Below, one piece after another: positions 15,273 through 27,092 of a stretch of 64,000 bases of DNA (the stretch's first letter is position 1; every line of letters starts with the position of its first letter). This stretch comes from Bigelowiella natans CCMP2755 (taxonomy: Eukaryota > Protista > Cercozoa). The notes beneath the pieces are model-generated. The model saw only the letters and a list, made by a program, of their open reading frames with translations, was not told where the DNA came from and ran no database searches. Where the stretch lies: NCBI GenBank assembly GCA_000320545.1, contig ADNK01003173.1:1-64000 (forward strand), in the 5' to 3' direction. The position numbers and the translations under genes were made by a program.

Positions 15273-16094
15273 CGTGTGCGTAACGGGCATGCATTACCAT
15301 TGGATATGCCATTTGCGTTAGATAAGGACCCACGAACAGACCAGGAATGGTGCGACGTCTAAAGAGATGTGGCAGAGTATTGTGCCTGTCGTCAACATGT
15401 GTCGAGTCATAAGCCCCCTCCCACCATTTTTCTGTAGTCCCCCAATTTCTGATACGAGGTATATATTTGTGTCATAGAGATAGACAACACCGAATGATTG
15501 GAAGCTCTTCTCCGCATTTTCCTGACTGCTGAGATTTCGCTCGAGGAATAGTTACAGCCTGTGATTATGGCATGCGTTTTGAGGAAATTGGAAGAGAGTG
15601 ATTATTCCGAAGAAAAGAAAAGAGCGAGGTCAGTGGGAGACTACATGAACATGGGATTGGATGTTCCGAACCCAAACCGCATCATTGAATTATCAGGGAA
15701 GTAAAGATTGATGGTTTCATTGAATATTTTTGGTGTCTGTGTGCTTGTGTTTGAGGACGACGTCATCCTTCCTAACTCAACATACAAATTCCTATTTTGC
15801 CGTGCTCTGAGAAATAAATGTGTGAAATATTTATGAGGACTAGAATGGTAAGCATACCACAGATCGAATGGAAGCTGACGGGCTCGCAACTCTCCTCCCA
15901 ATCGACGTTCCTTCGAAGCAAGCAAGAATTTCCAATCAGGGAAGCGCAGGCATTTTGATGCATGAAAACCAAATTTACTCACCTAGGAAGTTCGATCCTT
16001 TATCAGCCATGGCGATGAAGATGAGAGCTAGGAAGGAGAGAACTAGGGACGCGAGCGTCTTCATCGGAGAGGTACGGGAGCGTGCCACTGCCAT
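10361..16094 (-). CDS. Thylakoid-lumen cyclophilin CYP38/TLP40-like PPIase with bipartite signal + transit leader, multi-exon
   Basis: Exon 1 [31 protein letters not shown] (signal peptide); later exons [71 protein letters not shown]...[39 protein letters not shown]. Confidence 0.88.
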
Positions 16095-16279
16095 TGTGTG
16101 GGAGTGTACTTTGGCGAAAGGCAGAACATGGGATTTTTGCTGATTTTGAACTTACCGACGAGACGCATGATGAAAATGGCATTCATTTATTGGTTTCACT
16201 TCATCCATTTTCTTTCTCACAGCTCGAGCAAGAGGGGGTACTTGCTCACGTAGTTGCAGTTTGGAAATTTTCGCTCCTA

Positions 16280-17067
16280 AGTTGCCAGACCTGTGCTCAA
16301 ATTGACAGAAAATCCCAAGTCGCGAGGGCAACATGAATGGCTTTTCGAGAATGATCGCTCATTGACTTTGACTTTCACGTGCTGACCACTGTTCATTGTG
16401 GGACACGCTTCATCAGCATGTCTTGACACTGCGCTGCTCGTCAAAGAGGAGAGTTTGTTGGCACTCCTGATCATCCTTTTCTGTGTGTCACAGGTCCGCA
16501 CCCTGTTTTTTCACGGAAACAACTGCAATCATCCTTGAGTTTTCGTGGTGGGTCTTGCAGTTGATTGAGAACGCGAGCTGGAGAGGTGTGCACGCACACG
16601 AAGTGAAACACAAGCACCACAAGCAACCTTTTTGTTTTGTGCGTGTGTGTTCGTGTGCACGTCAGGTTCGATCTCCTGTCGTGAACGGCGGCTTCGTTCA
16701 CTTTGGACTTGGTGTGCGCACGTTGTTGCGTTGAGTCTGTGCACCACGACACACGTGTGTGTGTGGGGCGGACGCACGTGTTTCAGTGTTGCACGACATC
16801 CTGGCATCGTTCAGCACACGCTGGCACGTGAGTGGTGAGTGTGTGCGCGTGATCGAGTGACACACAGCAGCGATGCGATGCATTGATCGAGTGCCGCAGT
16901 CTGGCGGCAGTGCACTGCGGCCGTGGACGCTGGCTAGCTGGGACGGCACACGCCAGCACGCAACCTGACGCACGCCGGCACGCTGGCACGATGCGAGCTA
17001 GCTGGTGGTGACGATCGTGCATCGCAGTGTTGCGTCACGCGTTGCGATGCTGGTGCATGCATGTAGC
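16280..17067. other. TpA-erased intergenic island (left part, split by the retrotransposon)
   Basis: No TA in 16280-16934; remaining TA are CTAG (16934, 16998) and the TSD; rich in TG/CA/CG. Confidence 0.9.
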
Positions 17068-17393
17068 TGTAGCGCGTACCACTACGCGGGCACAAGTCAC
17101 GTGCGACAACAAAGGGGTTGTCGCGGATATAGAATATAGATAACGTAGATATTAATACAGCATAGGCACGTGGGTTCCGGCGGGACTCATGGCAGCACAC
17201 CGGAAGTGTGCTGCCCCACGTGCGGCGGCATTCGCGAAAGCTTCGCGAATGATTACGCAGTGCACGATTTAATAAAAATATAATCTTTAATAAAAATAAA
17301 CACAACTCTTCAAAAGGAAGCAAACGTGCCTTTCCCCCCCCCTGCCTACTTGTGCACGTAGCGCCTCGGCCTGTGAACACCTTACGCGCAACA
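17068..17393 (+). repeat. 5' LTR (326 bp)
   Basis: TGTAGCGCGTA...TACGCGCAACA terminal inverted repeat (10/11); identical to 22458-22783; duplicated TTTAATAAAAATA polyA-signal-like motif. Confidence 0.97.
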
Positions 17394-17398
17394 ACCTT

Positions 17399-17421
17399 TG
17401 GCTTCCACACACGGGAAACGA
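17399..17421 (+). promoter_or_regulatory. Primer-binding site (tRNA 3'-end complement, resembles tRNA-Glu/Asp)
   Basis: TGGCTTCCACACACGGGAAACGA begins after a 5-nt spacer following the 5' LTR; the tRNA identity is inferred. Confidence 0.6.
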
Positions 17422-17432
17422 TTTGACTAACA

Positions 17433-20400
17433 ATGTCACAGCAGCTAGAAGAACAGCAGGACTTTGGCTCGCAGGCCGTGCAAGGGCACGAGCAGAAACA
17501 GGAAAGGAAGGGCGATACGGACGCTAAGGAAGGAGGAGGAACACCTCCACAGGCACCGCCGGGACCAGCACCCGGGATTAAGAAAGCAGATGCAGCAGCA
17601 GAGGCACTGGAGAACTTCTACGAGGCGGACGACGAGGACGTGGCCGCCGAAAGCAAGAAGGTCGTAATGGCATTACGAGCCTTGCGACCCAGGGCGAGCA
17701 ACTACGCCAAACTGAAAGTATCGATAGAATACAAGTATCAGACACATGATGTTTGGGCAGCTATCATGCAGGACATCATGGATTACGAAGCAGACTTACC
17801 TCCAGAGTGGGCAGCTTTGTTTAGGAACGACGGGGGTCTGGGCGCCTCGCGGGGGACGACCTAGAGCACCGTCAAGCAGCAGCAGCCGGTACAGCGGAAC
17901 ACCCAGTTCATGTCTGTTAAAACAGCACCGGTTATGATAACGAAATACAACGGGAAAAGAGGTGAGGCAAGGAGGTGGTGGAAGAACGCTAGGAGTATAC
18001 TCTGCGACTTTACCCCTAACCCCACCGAAAACGACAAGCTCAAATGGCTAGCTATAATAAAGCAAGCCATGGACCTTTACGAGACAGGCAGGACCCGGAT
18101 CAGGCAGCTAGAGAAAATACACACTACAGTTAGTGGGCTACGAGACGTTGAGGCGATAATGAAGGCTTTTGTAAATGAACAGGATGCTAACTCCCTACCC
18201 CAGGCTATTAGAAAATACAGAGCAATGATGCAGCATGAGAGAGAACCTGTTAGAGACTTTGCCACGCGCTTCCAGGATATGATCGACGAACTACATGATT
18301 TTAATTACAACACAGGTGATGATCAGGCAAGGTTTGAAGAGTTCAAGTTAAAGATAAAGGAATCCACTTACGTTACGGAGAAAGGCTACACCACGATGGA
18401 GGCAGCAGTGCAGGCTATATCCCTACGCGAGCAGGAGCAGGACCGCAAGTTTACCAGCCCTAAGGTACCTGGCATAGGAAACATTAACGCTATTAAGCCG
18501 CAGCGAGACTGGTACAAGGACAGGGAAGGTAACCGACGTTGCGGATACTGCTCACGTAAAGGGAAACACACCGCTAAAGACTGCAGAGACAGGAAAGAAG
18601 GACGACCCAGGATGACGATCAGGCAGCTCAACGAACACTACGAGAAGTTAAAGAGAAAGAAAGGCAGAGGACAAGGATATAACAACAGCAAATGGCAAGG
18701 CAGCAACAACGGGAAGAACAATAAATATAAGAACAAAAAGCAGAACAGTATCAATGCTATACAGCAGCAGATAAACGGAATATTAGATCACCTTAAGCAG
18801 GCGCCGACGAAGACAGCAGTACCAGCAACGCAGGACCAAGACAAGCCCATGACCCTAGACGACATAAAGAACTTAGGAGTATGCAACATTAATGACGAAG
18901 ACGCTAACAGGACTATCAAAGTTGCTATGACCAAGGTTAAAGTTAAAGACAGCTACGGAGACTACAAGAAACTACCTGCCCTTTGGGATAGTGGCAGCAT
19001 GCCGAAGTCCTTCATAAGCCTAAGCACAGTAAGAAGGTTAGGACTATTGGATCAAGTGACTAAGAAAGAACGTAAATATGCTCAAGCAGACGGAAGCTCT
19101 TCCATGAAGACCGTCGGTGAGCTAATGCTAAAGCTACAGATACCTGGCAGCGACGCGGAGACCCAAATCAAGACCCGAGTAGCCATGACTTTATCCATGG
19201 AACTACTCCTCGGACAGGATGCCCTAGAAAAATTAGGGGGGATCATATCATTCTACAATCACAAGATATACTTTGCTAAGTTGTCAAAGAAGTCAGGCAG
19301 GACCATCAGCCAGAACATGATACGGCTTGACGAGTGGACCTCTGAGTCAAGCGTTAATGCGTTAGAGTTTATGGACCTAGCGGACAACAAGCTACCTACA
19401 CCTACCGAGCTACGGAAGAAGAACCCCGGCAAGACCATCCGACAGATAACGGAGCTACTGGACAAGACCCCCCCAGCTGATGATTGGGATATCGACAAAG
19501 GCAAAAAGTACATTAATAAAATATTAAACGAGAAGTACTCTGACATCACCAAGCCGACGACGAAGCCCTCCAGCAAGCTTACCCCAGTAAAGATCGAGCT
19601 AAAGAAGGGATACGAAGAGTGCATCATCAATGACCCAGAACATAGGCGACCGGAAGCGGACTGGGAAAAGATAGAGTGGCAGATCAATGAATGGGCAAAG
19701 GAAGGGAAGATAGAGCCAAGCAACTCACCATGGAACGTGAGACATGTGCTAGCTAAGAAACCTACTTACCCTTTCTTCCGCCTGGCGCACAACTTCATCC
19801 GCCACAACCGAGTAATAAAGAGGATCCAGACACCTACACCAAGGATAGATGACGTTATTGAACACGTCATAGGATACAAATACTACTCTTCCCTAGATAA
19901 AAATGAATCATACATGCAGACACCCATCCACAAAACCTCCCGCCCCATTACCGCGTTCTCCAGCAGGCACAGGAAGTGGCACTTCGTCGTATTCCCTTAC
20001 GGCCTAAGCATATCAGGGGATGCGTTCAGTAGTCAGAACTACAGGGCATACACACATGATGGGATGGCGTCTGTGTTGTGGGTGTTTGTGTTTGTGTATG
20101 TGGATGATGACATAATATGTACCAACACAGTCGTCGCTCAGATCTTCCTCCTGGAAAATATATTTATTAGGTTTGCACACTTCGGTTTTACTATTAGACT
20201 GCAGAAGTGTACATTCCTAGCTACAAGAATCAAGTGGTGTGGATATTACCTGGAGCAAGGCCGCATCACCCCAAACCCCGAGAAAGTAGCAGCACTACAG
20301 CAAGCCCCTAAACCTAAGAATGCAAAGGAGTTAAAGTCATTCTTGCAGACTGCAGCTTGGATACTACGTAGGTTCTCCCCTACCTACGCTAGGACTGCAG

Positions 20401-22406
20401 CTGCTTTTACTACTGCTTACCGGAAGGAGAACTCTGTAGGCCTCAGCTTCGCTAAGGTGTGGGCCAAGGCTGGCCTTGATGCCCACTTCGATAACCTAAT
20501 AAAGTTATGCAGCAACACCCTATTGAATGCTAAGCTAGACACTACTAGACCAGCTACCCTATGGACAGACTGGTCTAAGCTAGGTATGGCTGCTGTACTT
20601 ACCCAAGACCAGCAGATCATACGGGTGTGGGGCAGGGCCTGCACAGCAGCTGAGGCCAAGTACAGCCCTACAAAAGGAGAGTATAAAGCCATGACTGAGG
20701 CGCAGAGGAAACTAAGATACTACCTGCTGTCGGTGCCCAGCTTCACCTTAATGACTGACCACAAGCCCCTCCTAGGCATCGACCGCAAGCTCGAAGCGCC
20801 TAACGATGAGTATGCAGCTATGAGGGCGGACACGGAAGAGTTTAGGGACAAGAGGACAGTGGTCTACGCACCAGGAGACAAGCAGCTTGCTGACTATTTC
20901 AGCAGGCTGTTCGAAAAGAAAGTCCCTACCCAGGTCACCCCTATGGTTAACGCGATTACCTTCGAGGACGGCGACTTCCTGCCTGAGCCAGAGGAGCTCC
21001 AGCACCTTCAAGAACACCTGGATAAATACAAACACAAGCATGAGGTACTTAGTGATAGGATATATGTATACACTAATAATGTTAGGCGTACCTACGTGCC
21101 ACGGCGGACCAGGGGAGCCCTTCTCTTTACCGCCCATGGACCTGCACACGTAGGAGAAAACCATATCACTGCTCTACTCTACCATTACTACTGGCCCTAC
21201 AAGCTAAAAGAGATAAGGACATACCTGCGTGGCTGCAGGTGCTCCAGCTTGAAGGCGGCAGGCGTCGCCACCAAGGAGTCCAGCAAGAGCCGTGCATCTA
21301 AGAAAATCAAAGCAAGGAACTTCTTAGATATCGTGCAAATTGATGTTTATAAGTACGATGGCTATCACTACCTTACCTTCGTTGATGTGGCCACTGGAAA
21401 GTGCTGGGTTAAAAAGATTATCAAGGTCAACGTTGCTAAGAAGAACAAAGGCTTATATAAGCAGAGGCTTACTAACTGCTACCGTACCTGGGAGTCTGAG
21501 CTCCAGGCTATCCCTGATGAAGTTAGCATAAACAAGATACCAAAGAAGTTACATGTGGATAATGAGACCTCTCTTCTACAGCTACCACACCCTAATATTG
21601 ATGCCTCACCTGTATACTATGCCCAGTCCAACTCCAAGGTAGAGCGACTCCACCGCACCTTGGCCAACCTAAGCAGGATAAATAGCACCACACCAGACAA
21701 GATACAAGGGTTAGTAAACGACACCTTCACGTCTGGGGGAGGTATCAAGGATAAGGAGAGGGAAGAAGGCGACGACAACGACGACGATACCGAGAGCGAA
21801 GACGAGAAGGTCCCGTACGATGGCCGAGTTCTAAAGGAAGGACAGTATGTTAGGGCCAAGGTAAATCTGAGATCGAGAAATAAACAAGACCCCTTCTGGG
21901 GTGGCGTTGCAAAGGTTACCGAGAGGAAGGGGAGGAAGCAGTACTACATCTATGATGGGAACAGGGTCACCTTGCGCCACATCAGTCACCTAAAGAATTA
22001 TGATATCGGTGAGAAGCTCCTAGAGGATGTTAAAGTAAACCCTACTGTGTGGGAGCGAGCAATGCCTTGTTTAGGACCCCGACCTAAGTTCGATGTGGAA
22101 TATGGAAACAATAAGGTCAGGGTGAACGACGATTGGCGCATGAAGATTGTCTATCTAGGCTACCCTGGATTACGAAATATGGAGAGGGTAGCTATGAAAA
22201 TAAAGGACGGAAAATATCAGCTACTCTACCTAGCTGTTCCCGACTTACCCTTTGAGCACTGGTATAAGGTCCTGGGGGACCTTGATGCAGAGGGCTGGTA
22301 TGGACACGAACCTAAGGACGAAGGTGAGTTCTGGGTAAGCGACAAAGGAGATAAGGTTAGAGAGGAATCTATTACCTGGTGGTTGGTGAAGTTCCGAAAG
22401 CGATGA
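17433..22406 (+). CDS. Gag-Pol polyprotein, single frame interrupted by TAG at 17862-17864 (143 aa ORF + 1498 aa ORF from 17910)
   Basis: Zn knuckle CGYCSRKGKHTAKDC; protease LWDSGS; RT SLDK...FPYGL...YVDD; RNase H WTDWS...TDH...ADYFSR; integrase H-x3-H...CRC, QIDV, VDNE, SNSKVER; SH3-like segment ending RHISHLKNY; C-terminal MTase-like extension. Confidence 0.95.
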
Positions 22407-22449
22407 AGGTCTAAGGGAATAAGGAAGGAAGGAAGGAGCAACGTGACTT

Positions 22450-22457
22450 GGGGGAGG
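22450..22457 (+). promoter_or_regulatory. Polypurine tract
   Basis: GGGGGAGG abutting the 3' LTR TG, preceded by a purine-rich run at about 22413-22438. Confidence 0.85.
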
Positions 22458-22783
22458 TGTAGCGCGTACCACTACGCGGGCACAAGTCACGTGCGACAAC
22501 AAAGGGGTTGTCGCGGATATAGAATATAGATAACGTAGATATTAATACAGCATAGGCACGTGGGTTCCGGCGGGACTCATGGCAGCACACCGGAAGTGTG
22601 CTGCCCCACGTGCGGCGGCATTCGCGAAAGCTTCGCGAATGATTACGCAGTGCACGATTTAATAAAAATATAATCTTTAATAAAAATAAACACAACTCTT
22701 CAAAAGGAAGCAAACGTGCCTTTCCCCCCCCCTGCCTACTTGTGCACGTAGCGCCTCGGCCTGTGAACACCTTACGCGCAACA
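22458..22783 (+). repeat. 3' LTR (326 bp)
   Basis: Identical to the 5' LTR; followed by TSD TAGC. Confidence 0.97.
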
Positions 22784-22787
22784 TAGC

Positions 22788-23056
22788 CAACAACGTGGAA
22801 ATGATGCATGATCGAAGCAGGACGCATGTTGCATGAGCCGCGTGTCGCAGACGCATGACACAGGCTAGCTAGCGTGCGCCGCACGCCAGAGAACGTGTGA
22901 CAGATGCTCAATTGGAAATCCAACAGTCACAAGTGCATGCATGTGCTCTCTGCTGGGTTGCATTTGCCGAGAGTGCTGCGCAGCAGCCTCAAAGAACACA
23001 AGAACCAATCTAGAAATCTGACTGAATGTGCATGCAATTCCATGCCGTGTGCAATT
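22788..23056. other. TpA-erased intergenic island (right part)
   Basis: The only TA are three CTAG (22865, 22869, 23010). Confidence 0.85.
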
Positions 23057-23298
23057 TAGCTACACAATGCATGCGTGTGCACGTTGTGAAATGAATCCAT
23101 CAACCCAAAACGTAACGTCGTGCTTGAGGGAAAACGCATCTAACTGTTTCCTGCAACTTGTACATTGGGTGGAATTTCGTTTTCAATTAAAGCTTAGCTT
23201 TAGGGCCAACAGTACCTGCAAGGATGAATATTCATCACACGGGGGTAGATTTGGAATTTGGTTGGTTGTGTCCACCCAATGATTTGTTAATTCTCTAT

Positions 23299-23951
23299 TT
23301 ACGAACCGATCTTGAGCTTCTTGTTGTATTTCTTGAGGACGTGAGGTCCGTGGAACATTTTAAATTTTTTAGAGGAGTCTTTTCCGCCCTGTAAATAATT
23401 TTTCTAAAAGTTAACGCTATTTCTACAGAGATTGGCGGAAAATTTTCTAATTTGTTTGCCTCTGGTGTCCACCTCTTTTAGGAGAATTTTCTTTCCTCCA
23501 GGATGAAACTTGGCAAATTTGGTAACATTATATACTCCTCCTATCAATGAATTATATCCCATTTGTTACATAAAATAATTCAGTATAGGGTCAGAACAAA
23601 GAATTCTGTTTGCAAATTTCGTGTGAATTCTGATTATTAATCATGAGATCGTGCATACAGGGGATGGAAAGAGTGGATGGAATCCATTGTGAACACTATA
23701 TTAGAATGATGGTCTGGGTGGTAGTATCTCTCAAAGTAGGCGGGAAATCGATAATATGAGACCGTTGATGATGATCCAGCAGTCGTCCTCCTTGTTGTGC
23801 TTCTTGACCTCTGCTACAGTGTAAACTTTCGACTGAAGAGCACAAAATAAAAGGCGTAAGAGTGAGATAAGATACCGGCAATGATATAGGCTAACCCCAT
23901 GAGCAGTGAGAATTGGGATGGCTCCCCACAATCGAAAGTCTACTGTACCAT
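23299..23951 (-). CDS. Small soluble cytochrome b5-like heme-binding protein, multi-exon
   Basis: ATG|intron|SKVYTVAEVKKHNKEDDCWIIING, VYNVTKFAKFHPGG, GKDSSKKFKMFH; termini approximate. Confidence 0.85.
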
Positions 23952-24617
23952 GGTTAGTTATCCGGGTTGGGATTTCCCAACTGCGGTGGGGCGTCGCTTT
24001 GAACGTCGTCTTTAACTTTAAACCCGGCTCTACTACAACAAATTTTTGACTTTTTTGAAAGTGCCTTTTATCTATCTTGAAAGGCACCGATTTGTTATGT
24101 CGTAGATCAAAATCAAAACGCGTTTCTGCAGTGTGGGCGGCTCTGGTAAATCTGTTTTGGGCTTATAATCCCCCGGTAGTAGCCGATAGGATACCCCCCC
24201 TTAGTTGTCACTGACTGATATTTGTGACCAGCTCTGTCTGAACTACTTCCTTTTTCGATGAGAGACAGGAGAATCTCCACTGGAAAAAGCGCTTTCGGGT
24301 GGCTTATTGCAAGCTGCTTCAATTTAAATCGAAGCCCAGCGGGAACACTCTGAGATTCAGAGAGATGAGATCTCTGATAGTCTCGGATTGAACAAAATTT
24401 GTAGTAGCTGCCTCCAAACCCATTCACTCTGCGCTCGCTTGCTGCTCCGAACCACGCTTCATTCGAGCATGCGCTGCTGCTGCTGCAGGTTGCGCATCCG
24501 AAGAGCAAGGAAAAAAATGAAGATGTCAGTGCTAGGTTCCGTATTCACTCAGCAGATAACCGACGTACGTGCATAAACCATAGGGTTCCGCCCCCTGTGC
24601 CTTGGTAGATCGTCAAC

Positions 24618-26915
24618 ATGGCAGGCAGCGAGATTCAAACTGCTGGCGTGCACAGAAAGACTACAACCGACTCTGGTGTAGAACTTTTGATGAAGCCCAA
24701 CCATCCGCTTTCAGCCGACCTCGAGAAGGCAGATTCCAAATCCAGCTTCGACTCGAAGAGTGAAGTCTCAGACCCTCAAGCGGCATCGCGAAGGGCATTC
24801 AGCAAAAGGATGGAAAAGATAGTTGGAAACCAAGCCAATAAGTCTTACAACCTTGTCTTTGAAGATGTGCGAGTCAAGGTCAGCATGCCAGCATGGATGC
24901 CTGCCTTCGCGACGCCGGGAGTCCCAGGGCAGACGAAGGAAATACTGAAAGGCGTAAGCGGGCGCGTCACATCCGGCCAGGTGAGAGCAAAGGCCAGCAC
25001 AAGCAATGCGTTTGTTCTCCTTAAAATATTGAAATAGGTGTTGGCGATTATTGGAGCTTCTGGATCTGGGAAGACCACTCTTCTGGATCAGCTTGCGCAT
25101 GCCCCGCTCATGCCTGGAGGTTCACTCAGTCTAGTGAAGGATTGCCTGGTGTTGGCAACAGTCATTCTGACTCAACTTGCTTGTGTTAGGGGAGGCCACG
25201 GACCACATTTATGTGAACGGTGTTGAAATGAATGACAAATTCTTCAAGTCCCACTGCGCATATGTCCACCAGGATGATCGGCTCTGGGGTATCATCACGC
25301 CCAAACAACAATCTACTCGAAGTCAATTGTTTTTCTGAACACCAAAACGCGAACTATAGGAGCTCTTACGGTGTACGAAAATCTGGCTATGGCTTCAAGG
25401 CTGTACAACCCATCCTTGAAACCGAAAGAGCGAGATGAAATGATAGCAGAGGTCCTCGAGGCGACAGGCCTTCAGTCCTGCATGCACACGAAGGTCGGGA
25501 ATGTTCTAATTAAAGGCGTATCCGGTGGCCAGCGTCGCCGAGTCTCCATTGCAGTCGAGGTATTCTTTTTCTGTGATTGTGGATCTGTATGAGCTTCATC
25601 CTGCAGCTCCTTTCTTGAATTTGCGCTTTCCGCGATCGCAGCTCATGGGGCGTCCCGGTCTCCTCTTCTTGGACGAGCCTACTTCTGGCTTGGACTCGAA
25701 GTCCGCCGCAGAGATCATGGAGCTGCTCGGAATGCTCGCGAAAACAACAAAAGTGACCATCGTGTGTTCCATCCACCAGCCATCCTCACGAACCTTCTTG
25801 GCCTTCGACAAAACGCTGCTCCTCTCCAAGGGCAAAGTGGCCTACTTCGGGCCCGCGAAGAAAGCGCTGACGTACTTCGCGGAGCTGGGCTTCAAAGCCC
25901 CCTCCCAGATGAACCCCGCCGATTACCTGATCGAGATCTCCAACCCTGACTTCACCGACCCGAAGCAGGTCAACAAGCTGATCAGCCATTGGGAGGAGAA
26001 GTGGGGGGCGACCAGAAGAAGCAGGCTGCTGCTGCTTCCGACAGCAGAAGTGCCCCCGACGCGACCCCCGCGTTCCCGTACGCTGCAGGCTATCCTCAGC
26101 AGGTGTACGTGTTGACACAGCGGATGTTCACGTCGTACACCCGAGACCCGGGCGCCTACATCGGGCGCAGCGTCCTGTACGTCACCATGTCGATCATATT
26201 CGGGGTGATATACGTCGGCGCGAGGGAGAAGAACCAGGACCACGCGCTCGACATCCTGTTCGCCATTGCGTGGGGGATGGCGACGCCGAGCTACATGGCC
26301 TGCATGATCATGCCGGTGTTTACCTTCGAGAGCGCGACCTTCACGAAGGAGGCGAAGAATGGAATGTACGCTCCGATCTCCTACGTCGCGAGCTCCAGTT
26401 TGGTCCAGCTGCTCTTTGTGCTGATGGCGTCCTCTCTGAGCGTCATCCCCTACTACTGGATCGACGACATCAACGACGACCCGGGTCGGTTCTTCGCCTT
26501 CCTCATCTTGCAGTTCAGCTTTCTGTACACCGTCGAAAGCATAGCAACCGTCGCTGCCGCCCTCATTCCCAACTTCATCATCGCTCTGGGCATCGTCGTC
26601 TCCCTTCTGTCCAACTTCTTCGTGTTCAACGGGCTCTTTGTAACCCCTGATTCGGTTCCGTGGGTCTTCCGATGGATTGAGTTTATCTCGCCCCACGCGT
26701 ATGCCATGCGTGGCCTTGCGTGGCTCTCCTACGCGGGGGAAAGTTTCAGTGGAATTGATTCGTGTAATCCCTGCTTTGGAGCTACCGGGGAAGAGGTCCT
26801 GGACGCTGTCCAGGGCTTGTCATCGGACGTTGATTTTGGCGTGATCTTTGGAGTGCTGTGGGCTGAATCGTTCGCCCTGCGAGCCTGGCACTGGTACATT
26901 CTTCGCAACAAATAG
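24618..26915 (+). CDS. ABCG (White-like) half transporter; apparent 1-nt frameshift in G6 run at 26003-26008
   Basis: Walker A GASGSGKTT, signature VSGGQRRRVSI, LFLDEPTSGLDS, SIHQP, then a C-terminal multi-TM domain in a shifted frame. Confidence 0.92.
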
Positions 26916-27054
26916 CTCAGCACCGATGAGTTCCAAAGTTGGTGTCCGATGTACACAGTGCACATCACATGACTTTGTTGTCCATGTAGCCGCTCCTCTG
27001 CGTAGTAGCTACATTGCATTTAAGGGGAAAAGACTTTATTTCTCTGACTTTATG

Positions 27055-27092
<38 letters not shown>

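Larger units (their letters stand above)
17068..22783 (+). mobile_element. Full-length Ty3/Gypsy LTR retrotransposon, very recent insertion
   Basis: Two identical 326-bp TG...CA LTRs, 4-bp TSD TAGC (17064-17067 / 22784-22787), PBS, PPT, and gag-PR-RT-RH-IN domain order. Confidence 0.97.

Noticed and set aside
16280-17067. Explaining the TG/CA-rich islands by 5mCpG deamination or fungal-type RIP
   Set aside because: CpG remains abundant, and those processes leave or create TpA rather than remove it
17166-17223. Hammerhead or HDV-like ribozyme in the LTR (minus strand CTGCCATGA-GTCC...GGAAC three-way junction)
   Set aside because: No intact CUGANGA or GAAA core, and no HDV L3/P1.1 motif
16934-17410. 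Antisense ORFs spanning each LTR (158/170/138 aa)
   Set aside because: Their ends run into unrelated flanks, there is no recognisable domain, and they recur only because the LTR is repeated
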